From: Acidobacteriota bacterium
GTDB taxonomy: Bacteria > Acidobacteriota > UBA6911 > JACQSX01
Direction: 5' to 3'
Assembly (NCBI GenBank): GCA_036507075.1
Contig: DASXQR010000228.1
Location: 42,098-106,097, forward strand
Length of the DNA stretch: 64,000 bases
Shown piece after piece: positions 7,858-17,952 of the stretch (position 1 is its first letter; every line of letters starts with the position of its first letter). The notes beneath the pieces are model-generated. The model made no database searches, was not told the DNA's origin, and saw nothing but the letters and a program-made list of their open reading frames with translations. A program made the translations under genes and the position numbers.

Positions 7858-9495
7858 ATGAGGCAAGAGGCTGTCTCTCGATGGATTCTCACCTTGGCTA
7901 CACTGGGGAGCGGCCTGATCACGCTTTTTTCTCTAATGAAACCTCCCCTTCCGGCCCGCGCCGCCTTGCTGCATAGCGTATTCCCTCTGGAGTTTCTGCA
8001 ACTGTCCCGTTTTTCGACGCTGTTGACCGGTTTTGCCCTCGTGATCTCCTCGGTCAACATTTACAGGCGTAAACGGCGTGCCTACCAGATCGTCCTGGTG
8101 CTGTCGATGCTGTCGATCCTCTTCCACCTCACTAAGGGACTTGACTATGAAGAAGCCCTGTTTTCTCTTCTTTTGCTTTGCCTCCTGCTCTGCACGCGCA
8201 GGAGCTTTACGGTAAGCAGCAGCTTGCCGGATTTGCGTTCAGAATTGATCCGGCTGGGTATTGCCGCGATCGTTGCTTTTGGCTACGGCGTGGGTGGTTT
8301 CTGGCTTCTTGACCGGCGTGAGTTTGGCGTCAATTTCACACTTGCAGATTCCATTCATCGAACGCTCCTGTTTCTCGCCTTGATCGGAGATCCGCATATC
8401 GCTCCTCATACGCGTCATGCCCGGTGGTTTTTGGAATCGCTCTATCTGATCACCATCACCGCCTCCGGGTATTCCGTCTTCGCCCTTTTTCGGCCCGCTC
8501 TTTACCGCTTTACTACTCTTCCCAGAGAACGCGCGACTGCGACCGCGATCTTGCGCCAGCACGGACGTTCGGCTTTGGACTACTTCAAAAACTGGCCGGA
8601 TAAGTCTTTTTTCTTTTCGGATTCAGAAAAGTCCTTTATCGCCTATTCGGTGGGGTCAAATTTCGCCGTGGTGCTGGGAGACCCGGTGGGCCCGGAAGAG
8701 GAAATGGAGCTTGTAATTCGCAGGTTTTCGACGTTTTGCAGAGAAAACGACTGGCGCCTGGCCTTTCATGCGACGCTGCCCGACTTTCTTCCGATCTACC
8801 GCAGGTTGGGCTTCAAGAAACTAAAAGTGGGAGACGATGCCGTCGTGGACTTGGCGCAATTCGATCTGGCTGGAAAATCCATGAAAAAAATACGCCATAC
8901 TATTCGTTCGATTGAGAATGAGAGGGTTCGCACTATCCGGCACGAGCCGCCCATTCCGGATTCTATTCTGGCAGAAGTGAAGGCGGTGTCCGATGAATGG
9001 CTCAAGATTCCCGGGCGCCGGGAGCGCAGATTCTCCCTGGGCATGTTTGATCCCGGCTACCTTAGATCAACACCATTGTTCACCGCCGAGCGGGAGGATG
9101 GCCGCGTGCTGGCATTCGTAAACATCATCCCGTCCTACCGAAAGGGTGAGGCGACCGTGGATTTGATGAGACGACGCACCGATGCGCCCAACGGGATCAT
9201 GGATTTTCTCTTCATCAAGCTCTTCCTCCACTTCAAACAAAGCGGCTTCGAACGTTTCAACCTGGGAATGGCGCCGATGGCGGGTTTTCAAGCCCGGGAA
9301 GAAGCGTCAGTCGAGGAGCGCGCAGTGCACTTTTTCTTCCAGAGAATGAATTTTCTTTTCAGTTATCGTGGGTTGCACGAATATAAAGCGAAATTTGCAA
9401 CTCACTGGGAGCCGCGCTACGAAATTTATCGCAGGGCGCTTGATCTGCCCCGCCTTGCCATCGCGCTCGGAAAAATCGCCGAAGTTGGTCGCTAG
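7858..9495 (+). CDS. Aminoacyl-phosphatidylglycerol synthase, MprF/LysX C-terminal domain with membrane anchor
   Basis: LTKGLDYEEA, VLGDPVGP, VDLMRR, PNGIMDFL, FNLGMAPM, YRGLHEYKAKF, WEPRY motifs. Confidence 0.88.
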   Translation: MRQEAVSRWILTLATLGSGLITLFSLMKPPLPARAALLHSVFPLEFLQLSRFSTLLTGFALVISSVNIYRRKRRAYQIVLVLSMLSILFHLTKGLDYEEALFSLLLLCLLLCTRRSFTVSSSLPDLRSELIRLGIAAIVAFGYGVGGFWLLDRREFGVNFTLADSIHRTLLFLALIGDPHIAPHTRHARWFLESLYLITITASGYSVFALFRPALYRFTTLPRERATATAILRQHGRSALDYFKNWPDKSFFFSDSEKSFIAYSVGSNFAVVLGDPVGPEEEMELVIRRFSTFCRENDWRLAFHATLPDFLPIYRRLGFKKLKVGDDAVVDLAQFDLAGKSMKKIRHTIRSIENERVRTIRHEPPIPDSILAEVKAVSDEWLKIPGRRERRFSLGMFDPGYLRSTPLFTAEREDGRVLAFVNIIPSYRKGEATVDLMRRRTDAPNGIMDFLFIKLFLHFKQSGFERFNLGMAPMAGFQAREEASVEERAVHFFFQRMNFLFSYRGLHEYKAKFATHWEPRYEIYRRALDLPRLAIALGKIAEVGR

Positions 9496-9557
9496 TACCC
9501 AATACTGTAAATTCGCGTAGGATTTCTGGCCGCTGATTTACACAAACAACACAGATC

Positions 9558-10553
9558 TTGAAACTCACCATCCCACCGACACGCTGGCTGAGAATGCTTC
9601 TAAGTTATTTTCTAGCCCTGGTCTGTCTGGTCTGGGTTTTTCACGACGTTCAGATAAGGGTCTTCCTGGGCAGCTTCCGGCGCATTCGATGGGTATGGAT
9701 GATGGCGGCGATTCTACTGGACATCCTGAGTTACGTTTGCCAAGGGATGCGCTGGGAGCGCCTGCTGCGACCGGTGGGGGCAATATCGTGGCGGCGCGCA
9801 ACTCAGGCCATTTATGCGGGACTTTTTACCAGCGAAATACTTCCCATGCGTCCGGGAGAATGGATCCGGGCTTACCTGGTCTCTCACTGGCTAGGCTGCC
9901 GGTTTGCAGCCGTTCTTCCATCGCTTGCTACCGAGCGCCTGATCGACGGCTTCTGGCTGGCAATCGCCTTCGGATTAACCGCCATGTTGTATCCACTTCC
10001 CAAAAACATTCTTCGCGCGGGCGATGTCCTTGGAGGGCTGGTCCTTGTGGGAACCGGCCTGATCGGCTACATTATCTTCAGAAAAAGAAACGCACCGGAG
10101 ACGGGCGGCGATGCGGCGAAAGCGGAGCCGGGCTTCTTTACCCAGCTGGCTGACGGGCTCAACAGCATTGGCACATCCCGTTTTTTATTATCCGCGTCGG
10201 CGTTTTCACTGTTATTGCTCGTATTTCAGGCGCTGGCTTTTTTCACAGTGCTGCGAGGGTGTCGACTGCAGATCTCCTTGTGGCCTGCGGCGGTGGTTTT
10301 CCTGATCGTGCATTTAGGAACCGCGGTTCCCAACGCGCCGGGAAACGTCGGTACATACCAGTTCTTCTGTGTGACCGGCCTGCAGCTCTTTGGCGTGGAT
10401 AAAAACCTGGCCGCCGGTTTTTCTGTGATCGTATTCGTAATCCTGACACTGCCGCTCTTGGCTATCGGCTACTTTGCTCTGGCACGCAGCGGGATGAGCA
10501 TGGCAATAATTCGAAATACGGTCACAAAGAGAGCGCGTCAGCCCCATCCTTGA
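9558..10553 (+). CDS. Lysylphosphatidylglycerol synthase TM / flippase-like domain protein
   Basis: Polytopic; RWERLL, LPMRPGEWIR, ERLIDG, PNAPGNVGTYQ motifs. Confidence 0.82.
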   Translation: MKLTIPPTRWLRMLLSYFLALVCLVWVFHDVQIRVFLGSFRRIRWVWMMAAILLDILSYVCQGMRWERLLRPVGAISWRRATQAIYAGLFTSEILPMRPGEWIRAYLVSHWLGCRFAAVLPSLATERLIDGFWLAIAFGLTAMLYPLPKNILRAGDVLGGLVLVGTGLIGYIIFRKRNAPETGGDAAKAEPGFFTQLADGLNSIGTSRFLLSASAFSLLLLVFQALAFFTVLRGCRLQISLWPAAVVFLIVHLGTAVPNAPGNVGTYQFFCVTGLQLFGVDKNLAAGFSVIVFVILTLPLLAIGYFALARSGMSMAIIRNTVTKRARQPHP

Positions 10554-10586
10554 CGACTTTCGGCCTGACAGGTAACCTTACTCCTG

Positions 10587-11108
10587 ATGAAGTGGATAAC
10601 CCGCAGCAACGTGAAAGTGGACCGGGTCGCTTGCCCCTGGCTGATTCTCCGGTTCATCGATCCGGACGCCAAATTCATTTTCGTAAAGGAAGACGAGTTG
10701 CTGGAATCAGCTCGCCGGGAGAGCGCCATCCCGTTTGATGCAAACCGATTCACCGAAGTGAAACTGAACCACCGGGGAGACCATTGCACTTTTGAGACCA
10801 TCGTTGAAGAGTTCAAGTTAACTGAGCCGGCACTGACCCGGCTTGGATTTATCATCCGCGCGGCCGACATCAAAGGGCAGGAACACGTGGCTCCCGAGGG
10901 ACGGGGCTTGCGAGCCGTGGCAGAAGGCTTTGCGCGGCTCGGAATCAGCGATGAAGAAAGATTGGTCTGTCAGTTTCCGATCTATGACGCTCTCCTGGCT
11001 TACGTGAAAGGCATCGGGGCCTCTGAGACGGGAAGTGGAAGGCGGAAGGCGGAAAGCGGAAGGCGGAAGGGGCGGAATTCTTTGCCGCCGTCAGAACCGC
11101 GGGCGTAA
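10587..11108 (+). CDS. Chromate resistance ChrB-domain protein
   Basis: MKWITR, VDRVACPWLILRFIDPDA, HRGDHCTFE, IIRAAD; C-terminal tail derived from GGCGGAA repeats. Confidence 0.85.
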   Translation: MKWITRSNVKVDRVACPWLILRFIDPDAKFIFVKEDELLESARRESAIPFDANRFTEVKLNHRGDHCTFETIVEEFKLTEPALTRLGFIIRAADIKGQEHVAPEGRGLRAVAEGFARLGISDEERLVCQFPIYDALLAYVKGIGASETGSGRRKAESGRRKGRNSLPPSEPRA

Positions 11109-11167
11109 GAACATGGGAAGAAATCGACGCCACCGGGGCAAAGCCCGGTGGCGTCGATTGTTTCACA

Positions 11168-13726
11168 TCATTCATGCCTTAAAACTACCAGCGGCTTGCG
11201 ATTCAGGATGGGAATACAGGCCAACCAACCCGTCAGCGTGGTCAGCGCGGCGGTCCCAAATACGGCTGCCGCCAACGGGATCCATTGGAAGTGATACTCG
11301 GCCTCCAGTAGATATTCCATCAGGAATTTGGCCAGCAGCGCCGATAAGATGCTGCCGGCAAGCCCTCCGGCTAAGCCGAGCACGCAAAATTCCATCGCCA
11401 GTATTAAAGAGACTTTCCCCCGTGTGGCCCCGAGAATTTTCAACAGGGCGGTCTCATGTTCGCGCCGATAGCGCGACGCAATAATGCTGGAAACGAGAAT
11501 GGCGCTCCCCGTCACCAGTACAAAAGCCGCCACGAATTGAATCAGCGTCGAGATACGATTCACAAAAGCTTGAATGATTGCCAGGATTTCGGAAATGTTG
11601 ATCGACGTGACAGTGGGGAGCTTTTCAAACAGCCTGCTTTGCAGCTTCGCTATCTTGTCCGGATAAGCCCGGACATTCCCCACATAGGTCACGGGCAGGC
11701 CGCGCAGTGCTTCCGGGCTGAAAATGAACTGATTGTTGGCTCCCGGACGGATTGACTCGGTCTCCCTCACGCTGGTGGCAATTCCCTGCACCACCTGGCC
11801 GCCCGCGCGAAACTCCAAAACGTCACCCAACCGGATGCCCAGAGACCGGGCGGCGAATTGTCCCACCGAGATCTCGGCTTTTGGCGGTTGCCCTTTCCAC
11901 CAACGCCCTGAAATTAAATTATTGTGAGTCGGAATGTCTTTGGCGGAGGTCAGCGAGAACTCGATGCGCGCAAAACGCTTTCCGTCTTCGTCCAGATCTT
12001 TTACCTGGATTTCTTTGCCATTGATAGAAGTCAGCCTCGCCGGGACGGCGGCGATGGGCTGCCCGGCATCGATTACCTCCGGAGAGGAGCGAAGAAACTC
12101 CCACAACGGAGGGCGTTGCTGCTCGCTGATACCGATGAGAATCAGGTTGGGAAAATCAGCAGGAGCGCTTCTCACAAACTGCCGCACCAGAGAGACCTGC
12201 AGCAAGTGGATTGTCAGCGTGAGCATTACACCCAGCGCAATCACAGCGAAAATCAAATGGGCCTGGCTGCCGGGCCTGTGCAGATTGGCCATCCCGTAAC
12301 GCAAAGCCTTCGATTTGCCTGCAGGTAGAACTGCAAAACGGAACAGCAATTTCCCGAGCGCTGTCAGCAGCGTGTAGATCAATACCAGCCCGCCGACGAA
12401 CCCGAAACCCCGGCGCCAGGAATGTGACAGCCAGGCAGCGATCGCTCCGATAACAATCAGATTCACCAGAAGAATCACAAGCGGCAGCCATAGTTTCGAG
12501 GTCCTTGCTCTCTCCGACTGCACATGACGTCTGAAGATTTGCGCTGCCTTGACGTGCCTGATCGTGAGCAGCGAAGGAAGCACCATCACCGTGGTGCTCA
12601 ACAGGCCGATAGCGAATCCCTGCGCCAGAATCGCAGCATGCAGTTCCGGTTTCGTGCGCAGATCCAGAAGCCCCCGCAAAAGTGTTGGAAAAAGCAATTG
12701 AACCGCCGCTCCGGCCGCCAGGCCCAGCACGCCGCCGCCGGCTGCGATCAGCAGTGTCTGCGTGAGATAAACGCGGAGCAACTGCCCCGAGCGCGCCCCC
12801 AGACTTTTCATGATTGCGATGGTGTCCAACTTCTGTTGCAGATACGCATGCATCGCCATGGTTACGCCGAGACCTCCCACCAACAGCGCCATCAGTCCGG
12901 TAAGACTGAGAAAAATGGTCACACGCTCCAGTCCGCGACTGAGATTGGGATTGGGATCGCGGTAATCGGTGACGCGAAAACGGGGAGAACGCGCACCTTT
13001 CAGAATTCGAAGCGCCTCATCCAGATCAAGGCCGCGAACAGGAAGGCGCACCATGTAGCTGTGGCCCGCGCGACTGCCGAATCCCAACAGCGCAGCCTTT
13101 CTCAAGGACTGATGCGAGAGCAGGACACGCGGTCCAAATTCCAGTCCTGAGGCAAGGCGGTCAGGTTCCTTCACCAGAACGGCAGCTATGGGAAGTTCGG
13201 TGTTGCCGATCCGAACCTGGTCTCCCACTCTGGCCTTCAAACGAATCAGCAGATCACGCGACACCACAACGGTGTCCTGAAGCATCGGCAACAGCGGAAC
13301 GTTCGGCTCCAGTTGCAGCGTGCCAAAGAATGGATATCCAGGCTCGACCGCCTTCAGTGAAGCAAGAACCGGGGCGCCCGGGAATTGTTGCCCTCCCTCT
13401 GCGGCGGCAGACGGGTCAAAAGCCCCGCGGCGTTTTGAAATCCCCACCATTGAGACCGTCTCGATAGCATGCGAGATTTCAGCTCCGCGCCCGCTCAACT
13501 GTTCGATCACTCTCTGCTCGCCGGCTTCCAGCGGCGTGCTGGTGCGGATTCGAATATCGCCTCCGATTAACTGGCGACCTTCTCGCAGCAACGATTGGTG
13601 CAGAGCACGACTGAAGCCCTGGACACCCGTGACCGCACCCACTCCTAGAGCTGCGCCCACAATGGCGACCAGGAATTTCCGCCACGACGCTTTAAATTCG
13701 CGTCGGGCCATTTTGAGAACAAACAT
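11168..13726 (-). CDS. ABC transporter permease, FtsX-like (YbbP-like)
   Basis: Two MacB-PCD/FtsX halves, IAIMKSLGA and ALLKILGA motifs. Confidence 0.88.
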   Translation of the reverse strand: MFVLKMARREFKASWRKFLVAIVGAALGVGAVTGVQGFSRALHQSLLREGRQLIGGDIRIRTSTPLEAGEQRVIEQLSGRGAEISHAIETVSMVGISKRRGAFDPSAAAEGGQQFPGAPVLASLKAVEPGYPFFGTLQLEPNVPLLPMLQDTVVVSRDLLIRLKARVGDQVRIGNTELPIAAVLVKEPDRLASGLEFGPRVLLSHQSLRKAALLGFGSRAGHSYMVRLPVRGLDLDEALRILKGARSPRFRVTDYRDPNPNLSRGLERVTIFLSLTGLMALLVGGLGVTMAMHAYLQQKLDTIAIMKSLGARSGQLLRVYLTQTLLIAAGGGVLGLAAGAAVQLLFPTLLRGLLDLRTKPELHAAILAQGFAIGLLSTTVMVLPSLLTIRHVKAAQIFRRHVQSERARTSKLWLPLVILLVNLIVIGAIAAWLSHSWRRGFGFVGGLVLIYTLLTALGKLLFRFAVLPAGKSKALRYGMANLHRPGSQAHLIFAVIALGVMLTLTIHLLQVSLVRQFVRSAPADFPNLILIGISEQQRPPLWEFLRSSPEVIDAGQPIAAVPARLTSINGKEIQVKDLDEDGKRFARIEFSLTSAKDIPTHNNLISGRWWKGQPPKAEISVGQFAARSLGIRLGDVLEFRAGGQVVQGIATSVRETESIRPGANNQFIFSPEALRGLPVTYVGNVRAYPDKIAKLQSRLFEKLPTVTSINISEILAIIQAFVNRISTLIQFVAAFVLVTGSAILVSSIIASRYRREHETALLKILGATRGKVSLILAMEFCVLGLAGGLAGSILSALLAKFLMEYLLEAEYHFQWIPLAAAVFGTAALTTLTGWLACIPILNRKPLVVLRHE

Positions 13727-13773
13727 AATCACCAGTCAGCCATGAAGGTTCCTCGGTCGTGTTGCTCTGGGAC

Positions 13774-13961
13774 CGGAATGCGGAATGGGGAATGGGGAAT
13801 GCGGAATGCGGCTCTCCATGTTGCACTTCTGCATTGCTCCCGGTGGTATTTGCAAGATCGAGGGTCCGCTTGCTTACGCACGCGGTTCTGATGGTGGTGT
13901 GGAGAAGTCCGCCCTTTCCGCATTCTCCATTCCGCATTCCGCATTCCCCATTCCGCATTCC
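13774..13961. repeat. Inverted 7-mer arrays (GCGGAAT / ATTCCGC) enclosing a REP-like core
   Basis: CGGAATGCGGAATG... and ...CATTCCGCATTCC arms; core CCGCTTGCTTACGCACGCGGTTC; short copy at 36817-36846. Confidence 0.85.
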
Positions 13962-13965
13962 AAGC

Positions 13966-14634
13966 CTAATTCGTCTTCACTATCAAACCGTCCTTCATGT
14001 AAATCTTGCGGTCCACTGATTCAATCAGCACCGCGTCGTGAGTGACGACTACCAGTGTGCTTCCTTCCTGCCTATTCAGCTTCAGCAGCAAATCGAGAAC
14101 CATCTGCCCGTTAACGCTGTCCAGGTTTCCAGTCGGCTCGTCGGCCAGTAAAATCGGGGGGCGGGCCACAAATGCGCGCGCCAGCGCCACGCGCTGCTGT
14201 TCGCCGCCCGACAACTGCACCGGATAATGCTGCCTGCGATCACCTAACCCGACCTCGTCGAGCAGCCCACGAGCCCGCTTCTGCGCCGAGTTTGTATCTC
14301 CCAGGAGCTCCAGCGGCAGAATCACGTTTTCTTCGGCTGTCAGCGTGGGAATCAGGTTGTAGGACTGAAAAACAAAACCGAGGGTTCGGGCTCGCAGCAG
14401 AGCCAGCTCGTCTTCATTCAACCGGGTAATGTCACGCCCGTCCAGGAGAACAGTTCCGGAGGTGGGCGAGTCCAGTCCGGCGATCAACCCCAGCAACGTG
14501 CTCTTCCCGCTTCCAGACGGGCCGACGATAACAATCGCTTCGCCACGTTTCACATGCAGGTCGATTCCCCGGAGAATTTCCACGGGTTTGTCGCCTGAAA
14601 AGAGGGTCTTTGTTAATTTTTCGATTTTGATCAT
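13966..14634 (-). CDS. ABC transporter ATP-binding protein (YbbA/LolD-like)
   Basis: [33 protein letters not shown]. Confidence 0.95.
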   Translation of the reverse strand: MIKIEKLTKTLFSGDKPVEILRGIDLHVKRGEAIVIVGPSGSGKSTLLGLIAGLDSPTSGTVLLDGRDITRLNEDELALLRARTLGFVFQSYNLIPTLTAEENVILPLELLGDTNSAQKRARGLLDEVGLGDRRQHYPVQLSGGEQQRVALARAFVARPPILLADEPTGNLDSVNGQMVLDLLLKLNRQEGSTLVVVTHDAVLIESVDRKIYMKDGLIVKTN

Positions 14635-14638
14635 AACT

Positions 14639-14778
14639 AACCGCGAAGGCGCGAAGACGCGAAAGCAAACGTTGCCCTAGTCTTTGCTGAGTGGCCAGAA
14701 CGCAGACATTTCAGTACTTAATCCCATTTGAGTAGCCGAGCAATCTCACTGATTTAGCGCTTTCGTGCCTTCGCGGTT
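14639..14778. repeat. Palindromic element, AACCGCGAAGGC arms
   Basis: AACCGCGAAGGCGCGAAGACGCGAAAG ... CTTTCGTGCCTTCGCGGTT. Confidence 0.8.
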
Positions 14779-14806
14779 TCCCTCGCATTTATATAATAGG
14801 CAGGAC

Positions 14807-15547
14807 ATGCGAAACGTCTTTTTCTGTTTCTGGATGTGTTTCCTGCTGGCATGCCACGGCGCCAACACCGATATTCCAGCAAAGGAAACCAGGACTCAAG
14901 TCCTCGAGGCTCCGCCCTCGGAATCCGGTTCCGATCGGCTGATTGTGGCCTTCGGCGACAGCCTGACAGCCGGCTCAGGGGTCCCGCAGGATCTGAGTTA
15001 TCCCGCAGCACTACAGCGATTGCTCAAAGACCGCTCGCCATCCTGCCGCGTTATCAATGCGGGCATCGGCGGAGAAACATCCTCTGAAGCCTTGAGCCGA
15101 CTTCAAAGCATCATCGAGATGAAACCGCGCATCGTGATTCTCGAGCTGGGAGCCAATGACGGACTGCGCGGTGTGCCGTTGGCGATGATCCGCAAGAACC
15201 TGGATGCGATGATTACAAGACTTCAGACGGCGGGCATTCAAGTGGTGTTGGCGGGAATGCGCATCCCTCCCAACTATGGAACGGAGTATACGCAGGGCTT
15301 TCACCAGATTTATGTCGACCTGGCCAGCGAGCACCATCTCGTCCTGATTCCATTTTTTCTCGAGAACGTAGCCGGAATACCGGAGTTGAATCTCGAGGAC
15401 GGAATTCACCCCACTCCCGAAGGTTATCGCATCATCGCAAAACAAGTGCTGCAGGTAATCGAGCCGCTGCTGGGATTATCTTCACCACAAAGACACAGCG
15501 CGGCAGAGCCGCAACCAAGAATAAGATGTTTCCGCTTGGCAGCGTGA
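14807..15547 (+). CDS. tesA: Arylesterase/acyl-CoA thioesterase I (SGNH/GDSL), probable lipoprotein
   Basis: FGDSL, NAGIGGET, ELGANDGLRG, PPNYG, DGIHP; divergent from ybbA/ybbP-like genes as in the E. coli locus. Confidence 0.85.
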   Translation: MRNVFFCFWMCFLLACHGANTDIPAKETRTQVLEAPPSESGSDRLIVAFGDSLTAGSGVPQDLSYPAALQRLLKDRSPSCRVINAGIGGETSSEALSRLQSIIEMKPRIVILELGANDGLRGVPLAMIRKNLDAMITRLQTAGIQVVLAGMRIPPNYGTEYTQGFHQIYVDLASEHHLVLIPFFLENVAGIPELNLEDGIHPTPEGYRIIAKQVLQVIEPLLGLSSPQRHSAAEPQPRIRCFRLAA

Positions 15548-15573
15548 TCGTCATATGCTGATGTGGAAAGTCA

Positions 15574-15668
15574 CATTCCTTCACCGCAGAGGCGCAGAAA
15601 ACGCAGAGGTTGCGCAGAGACATGTAAACGAAACTCTGCGTCCTCTGCGCCTCTGCGGTGAAGGAATG
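15574..15668. repeat. Palindromic element, CACCGCAGAGGCGCAGAG arms
   Basis: CATTCCTTCACCGCAGAGGCGCAG ... CTGCGCCTCTGCGGTGAAGGAATG. Confidence 0.88.
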
Positions 15669-15716
15669 AACGTGCCAGACAAAACTTTGTTAAAAAAAGC
15701 GAGAAGTGGCCCCGAA

Positions 15717-17060
15717 TTACCGGCTGGCGGTTGATTCCGAAATCCCGAACACGTGGTGCTGGCCGCGAAGGATAATCATGCCTTCGGAAATCGCCGGAGT
15801 TGCCATGCAAACTTCGCCTACAGGATTGGTCGCTATCAGTTGGTATTCGGGTCCAGCCTTCACCACATGGACGTCTCCGTCCTCGCTCGCAAAATAAATC
15901 CTTCCGTCTGCGGCAACAGGGGAAGCGCTGTACGCGCCGCCCTGGCCAATGCGCTGCTGGTATACGCGCTCTCCGGTCTGCAGCTTGTAACAGGTCAAAA
16001 TGCCGCTGTTGCCGCATACGTAAAGATAATCCCCATAGGCAAGCGGCGTCGGCATGTAGGGGCCGCCGCGCTTCTTGCTCCAGGCAATCGATTGGCTGGA
16101 TTCTTGATTCTCTTTGAGAGAAATGTCTCCATTGCCTCCGGGTCGAATCGCATAAATCGGTTGGATGGGCGCGTAGCCATTCGCGATGAAAATCAAATCT
16201 TGAGCGATGATCGGGGTCGTAGCCGTGATTTCCGGGTTGGGCGTCAGCCTCCAGAGCTCTTTCCCCGTGGCCGGATCATAGCCGCGCACAAACTTGGTCG
16301 CATTTGTGATCAGCTCAGAGCGTGTTTTACCTTCATAAACCGTAGGAGTTCCCCAGGAAGGAAGCTCTTCGCGCGACGTCCGCCAGACCTGCTTTCCATT
16401 CTTAATATCAAAAGCGGCGATGAAGGAATCCTTCTGGACATCGCACTGGACGATCACCAGATCCTTAAAAATAATCGGCGAGCTGGCTGTTCCCCACTGA
16501 TAGTCGGGATCGTAAAACCATCCGCCGTCCAGAACCCCAAGGTCTTGCTGCCAAAGCAGCCCGCCGTCAAAGTTGTAGCAGTACAATCCCTCCGAGCCAA
16601 AAAAGGCGACAACGTGTTTCCCGTCAACAGCCGGAGTAGCTGACGAAAAACTCGACTTTGGGTGCCTCTTCGTCTTGGGGATTCCTTCGCGCGCTGTTTT
16701 CTCCCACAGGGTTTTTCCAGTTTTCTTATCCAGACAATACACCCGCCAGGAATGCCGTGACACGTCGCCGGCCGGCTTTACGTCTCCATAGAGTCCATGG
16801 CGAAACTCCGAATTCGGGTCGCTGCTGACTGCCGACGTGACAAATACGCGCTCGCCCCACACCACCGGGCTCGAATGCGCCAATCCGGGAATGGCGGTCT
16901 TCCATCGGATGTTCAGTGACTTGCCTGCATCCCAGACTGCGGGCGGATTCTGGCCATCCGCCACGCCGGAGGCCTGCTTTCCCCGAAAAGAGGGCCAGTT
17001 CTGAGCATGGAGACCAACCGCGAGTGCGATACAGGTTATAAGCGAGATAATAGTTTTCAT
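15717..17060 (-). CDS. PQQ-binding-like beta-propeller (BamB-like) secreted protein
   Basis: Signal peptide, NWPSFRG, SSPVVWG, TGKTLW repeats. Confidence 0.85.
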   Translation of the reverse strand: MKTIISLITCIALAVGLHAQNWPSFRGKQASGVADGQNPPAVWDAGKSLNIRWKTAIPGLAHSSPVVWGERVFVTSAVSSDPNSEFRHGLYGDVKPAGDVSRHSWRVYCLDKKTGKTLWEKTAREGIPKTKRHPKSSFSSATPAVDGKHVVAFFGSEGLYCYNFDGGLLWQQDLGVLDGGWFYDPDYQWGTASSPIIFKDLVIVQCDVQKDSFIAAFDIKNGKQVWRTSREELPSWGTPTVYEGKTRSELITNATKFVRGYDPATGKELWRLTPNPEITATTPIIAQDLIFIANGYAPIQPIYAIRPGGNGDISLKENQESSQSIAWSKKRGGPYMPTPLAYGDYLYVCGNSGILTCYKLQTGERVYQQRIGQGGAYSASPVAADGRIYFASEDGDVHVVKAGPEYQLIATNPVGEVCMATPAISEGMIILRGQHHVFGISESTASR

Positions 17061-17854
17061 TTTTCCACTTTTTGATAAACAGTGCTGTTGGTTCCTTGCT
17101 TTACAACACATCCCACGACCTTTCCATTCTCCAGGTTGAAAGTCAGGCTGAGGCCGTCAAAAGCCGATGGCCGAAAAGTGACTTTATCCAGGGCTTCCAG
17201 TTCGAACGGCGCACCAAACCCGGCGAAGACAAGCTTTCCATCTTTTAACGAAAATGAGAGTTCGGTTCCCTGCTGGTTCCTGTAGGCGCCCGTGTACACC
17301 TTGAGAATTTCCGGGTCGAGCGAAATGGCCTCTGCCGGAGGAACGGCTCCCGCCTTTTTCAGCACTTCGATGACTTCGTTGCGCCCTCTCCTCCTGGCCG
17401 CGCTCCAGGCGGCCGTAAGTATCTCAGGCTTGATTCCGCCTTTGTCGACAATTGCCTGCACCACTTCTGTCAAGCCGGATGATGCGGCGTTCGACAGCAC
17501 TGAAGCTCCATCAGCTCCCTTTTCCACCAGAGCGCGCGCAACTTCGGAATGGTCATTGGAAACGGCCCAGGAAAGCGGGGTGAACCGATAGAAAGTGTCT
17601 TTGACGTTTGGATCGGCTCCGTGCTCAAGCAGAATTTTGACTACTTCCAAGTGTCCCCGGTCGCAGGCATAAGAAAGGGATGTTGCGCCGTAGCGTCCTT
17701 TGGCGTTAACGTCGGCTCCTTTGCTGAGCAGTTCACGCACAGCCGTGGCATCACCCTTTTTGGCGGCTGCCATGAGATCCGAATTCAGATCCTCAGCCAC
17801 AATTCCGGCCACTAAGAAAACGGTTATCAAAATGAGCATTGATATGGCGCGCAT
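17057..17854 (-). CDS. Ankyrin repeat protein, secreted
   Basis: GADVNAKGRYGATSLSYACDRGHLEVVKILLEHGAD; stop overlaps the next start (ATGA). Confidence 0.88.
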   Translation of the reverse strand: MRAISMLILITVFLVAGIVAEDLNSDLMAAAKKGDATAVRELLSKGADVNAKGRYGATSLSYACDRGHLEVVKILLEHGADPNVKDTFYRFTPLSWAVSNDHSEVARALVEKGADGASVLSNAASSGLTEVVQAIVDKGGIKPEILTAAWSAARRRGRNEVIEVLKKAGAVPPAEAISLDPEILKVYTGAYRNQQGTELSFSLKDGKLVFAGFGAPFELEALDKVTFRPSAFDGLSLTFNLENGKVVGCVVKQGTNSTVYQKVEK

Positions 17855-17952
17855 GATGGTTCCTCCGGTTGGGCCGGCCTGACATGGCCGCCCGAAGTGA
17901 ACACAGGCGGCAACACGGGCGTTCATGTCAGGCCGCCCCGCTCACCCCTGCG

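Noticed and set aside
11168..15547. tesA with ybbA/ybbP-like genes as a novel system
   Set aside because: Known conserved arrangement, as in E. coli.
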